From assembly GCF_006345805.1 (NCBI RefSeq), contig NC_043003.1:104966001-105030000 (forward strand): DNA of 64,000 nucleotides. Direction: 5' to 3'. Position 1 is the stretch's first letter; every line of letters starts with the position of its first letter. Below, piece after piece: positions 62,101 through 64,000 of this stretch. Source of the stretch: Octopus sinensis (taxonomy: Eukaryota). The notes under the pieces are model-generated. The model worked only from the letters and a program-made list of their open reading frames with translations, did not search any database and was not told the origin of the DNA. Both the position numbers and the translations under genes were made by a program.

Positions 62101-64000
62101 ATAAAAAAACATGGTTGATTACCGTTTTAAATGAGGTGAAATCCTTGAGTTTATCGAACACGGTTGGCGATCCCCAGTTCTTGTGAAGTGCTTGAAAGAT
62201 ACTCTTTTTGTGGCAAAATGAAGATTGAAGCATTCTAACCTTTGCTTTCCGCATGACTTCATTTTCTTCTTTTCACCTTGTTGTACTAATTCATTCAGAT
62301 GTATCAGTGAGGACGCTTGTTCTCTCACCTTTCCTCTCGCCTTTTCTTGTCCTAATCTTATGAAAGATACCTAAGCCAAAGCACAAGAACACTGATCTGA
62401 TCACTTGCCGACGGGTCCAACGGGTGTAAGGCCCAACAGGTGTAAGGGCCCAACGAGTGTAGCGGTCCGATGCAAATCTATGCATGCTGTCTTATAGGGA
62501 CCCCAGAACATTGTTTTGCCCTGGGGCCTATAATGCTGTTGAGACAACCCCGCTAGATGGTCCTGATTGACAAAATGTTGCAGCATTTGGGGTCAGTGAA
62601 AAAACTAATTCCACAGCATAAGAGGGTCAATGAAACAAATGCTGTGGAACTGGTTATTGCAGCTTTTGTAGCAGTAGAATTTTCATGAATATTTAAAGGA
62701 CAGTCTGTCACATCAGAAGAGAGAAATCATCATCAGTGAAGATGTTCCAGTTTAGAAAGGGAAATGTCTGTCACCCTAGAACCTAATGAGAACCACGGCT
62801 CCAGAACATACCTTCCCAACTAATCGAGGAATTTTGCATGCTTTGTTTTCGTTTATCTATGCATGGGCAACGAAGTACAAGTTTTTGAAAGGCCCCAAAA
62901 CGGTTCTATCGGTAGACTGCCCCTTGTGTGAATAGTGTAGAGGAAACGACAGCAACACCACGTGAAGAATACAACGGAATGCAATGCAAACAGGTCGTGT
63001 CGATAGTATCAACTGACAGATCTATAAACCATCATCTGCAATTGCCAACTGCCTTCAGCACCAAAAAGTACTGTTGCCAAAATGAGCTGAGTGTCCAGTC
63101 AGCCGTACCAAATAGTTAGCGTCGAAACAGCTGCGCCCAGTCGACTCATTCCGATTTTTGTAGACCGTCAGCACTTATAAAATGTCCCAAATTCCATTCC
63201 ACTTTGGTCCTACATACACTCATTTTAATTTTTTCTTGGTTTCAGCACAAGGGCTGTGGCCATGCTGGAGATACTTTTACCTCTCCACCTAATTTTTATC
63301 ATTCTTCTTGTAAACTTTCAGTTTTCCTTCCGAATTTTTATTTTTTTATATTTTTATTTTATGGTGCACAGCATTCAGGTGCATCTGTTGTTGTTGGAAT
63401 CAGTGGTGGCTCGTAGATAAAATTACTGGGGGTGCTGCTTCAAAAGTTTTTTAGCCGTTGTTTTAACATTGTGTAAAAGGAAACAAACATAAAAAGAAAA
63501 TTTATACATAAATTCGATCGGTTCACGTCTTAGCCACTACCCGGTAGTGTGTTTAATTTGTTCTCTGAGCACCACCGCGAATTCTCCCTTGATTTTCGAA
63601 AATCTCACCAAATCACAAACTAAGGTGGGGGTATGTGCCCTATTTTTCAAATCCTGGCAGCTGGAAGCAGGATAATAATTGAATTCTACACTTTATCTCA
63701 TTCAAGAATATAAACACATTTTTAAGCACAACACACGCGGAGTCAAAAAGAAACAGTACCTTTCACCGGAACACCAGTCGGCACTGTCGTTCATCCAGTG
63801 CTCTCTCTCCATAGTGTGAAGCTTCCTATCTCAGACATGTAAGCATACGCACAACAGTCAAACACCGCGTCGCTGGAACTGTAAAGCGCACAGTTCTATA
63901 CAAGGATTTTTGTATTTTTTCTCATAAACTAGGGGATGGCTACTGAGATTAAGCTTAATGATTATATAATGTACAAGTATAAAGAAAGAATTACAGAAAA

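Noticed and set aside
62417-62466. Three 16-17-bp direct repeats (ccaac.ggtgtaagg), CRISPR-like at first glance
   Set aside because: No spacers, no cas genes, eukaryotic context. A simple minisatellite.

Overview
Eukaryotic, AT-rich, microsatellite-laden DNA. The SINE and microsatellite make-up suggests an octopus genome (inference). One host gene is supported: a 9-exon, minus-strand palmitoyltransferase ZDHHC6 (CDS 42704 to 8666, 1290 nt, 429 aa by my exon assembly, all GT-AG and phase-consistent, with DHHC-CRD, SH3-like domain and C-terminal KKxx). The rest is mobile DNA: RTE LINE fragments, many tRNA-derived SINEs, mariner, pogo, piggyBac and hAT MITEs, and two non-autonomous Helitrons. 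The main hidden signal is about 15 hammerhead-ribozyme (HHR) motifs, intact to degenerate, from several unrelated repeat families. Most lie in short non-coding elements built as asymmetric fold-back inverted repeats, some with 10-14 bp target-site duplications (TSDs), others embedded in (TA)n. One HHR family is linked to a Penelope GIY-YIG C-terminal remnant, and another is a tRNA-headed SINE with an HHR tail. This suggests a diverse Penelope-dependent retrozyme-like system. Many copies lie inside ZDHHC6 introns, where they could self-cleave or form long dsRNA. All calls were read by eye and no folding or database search was run.
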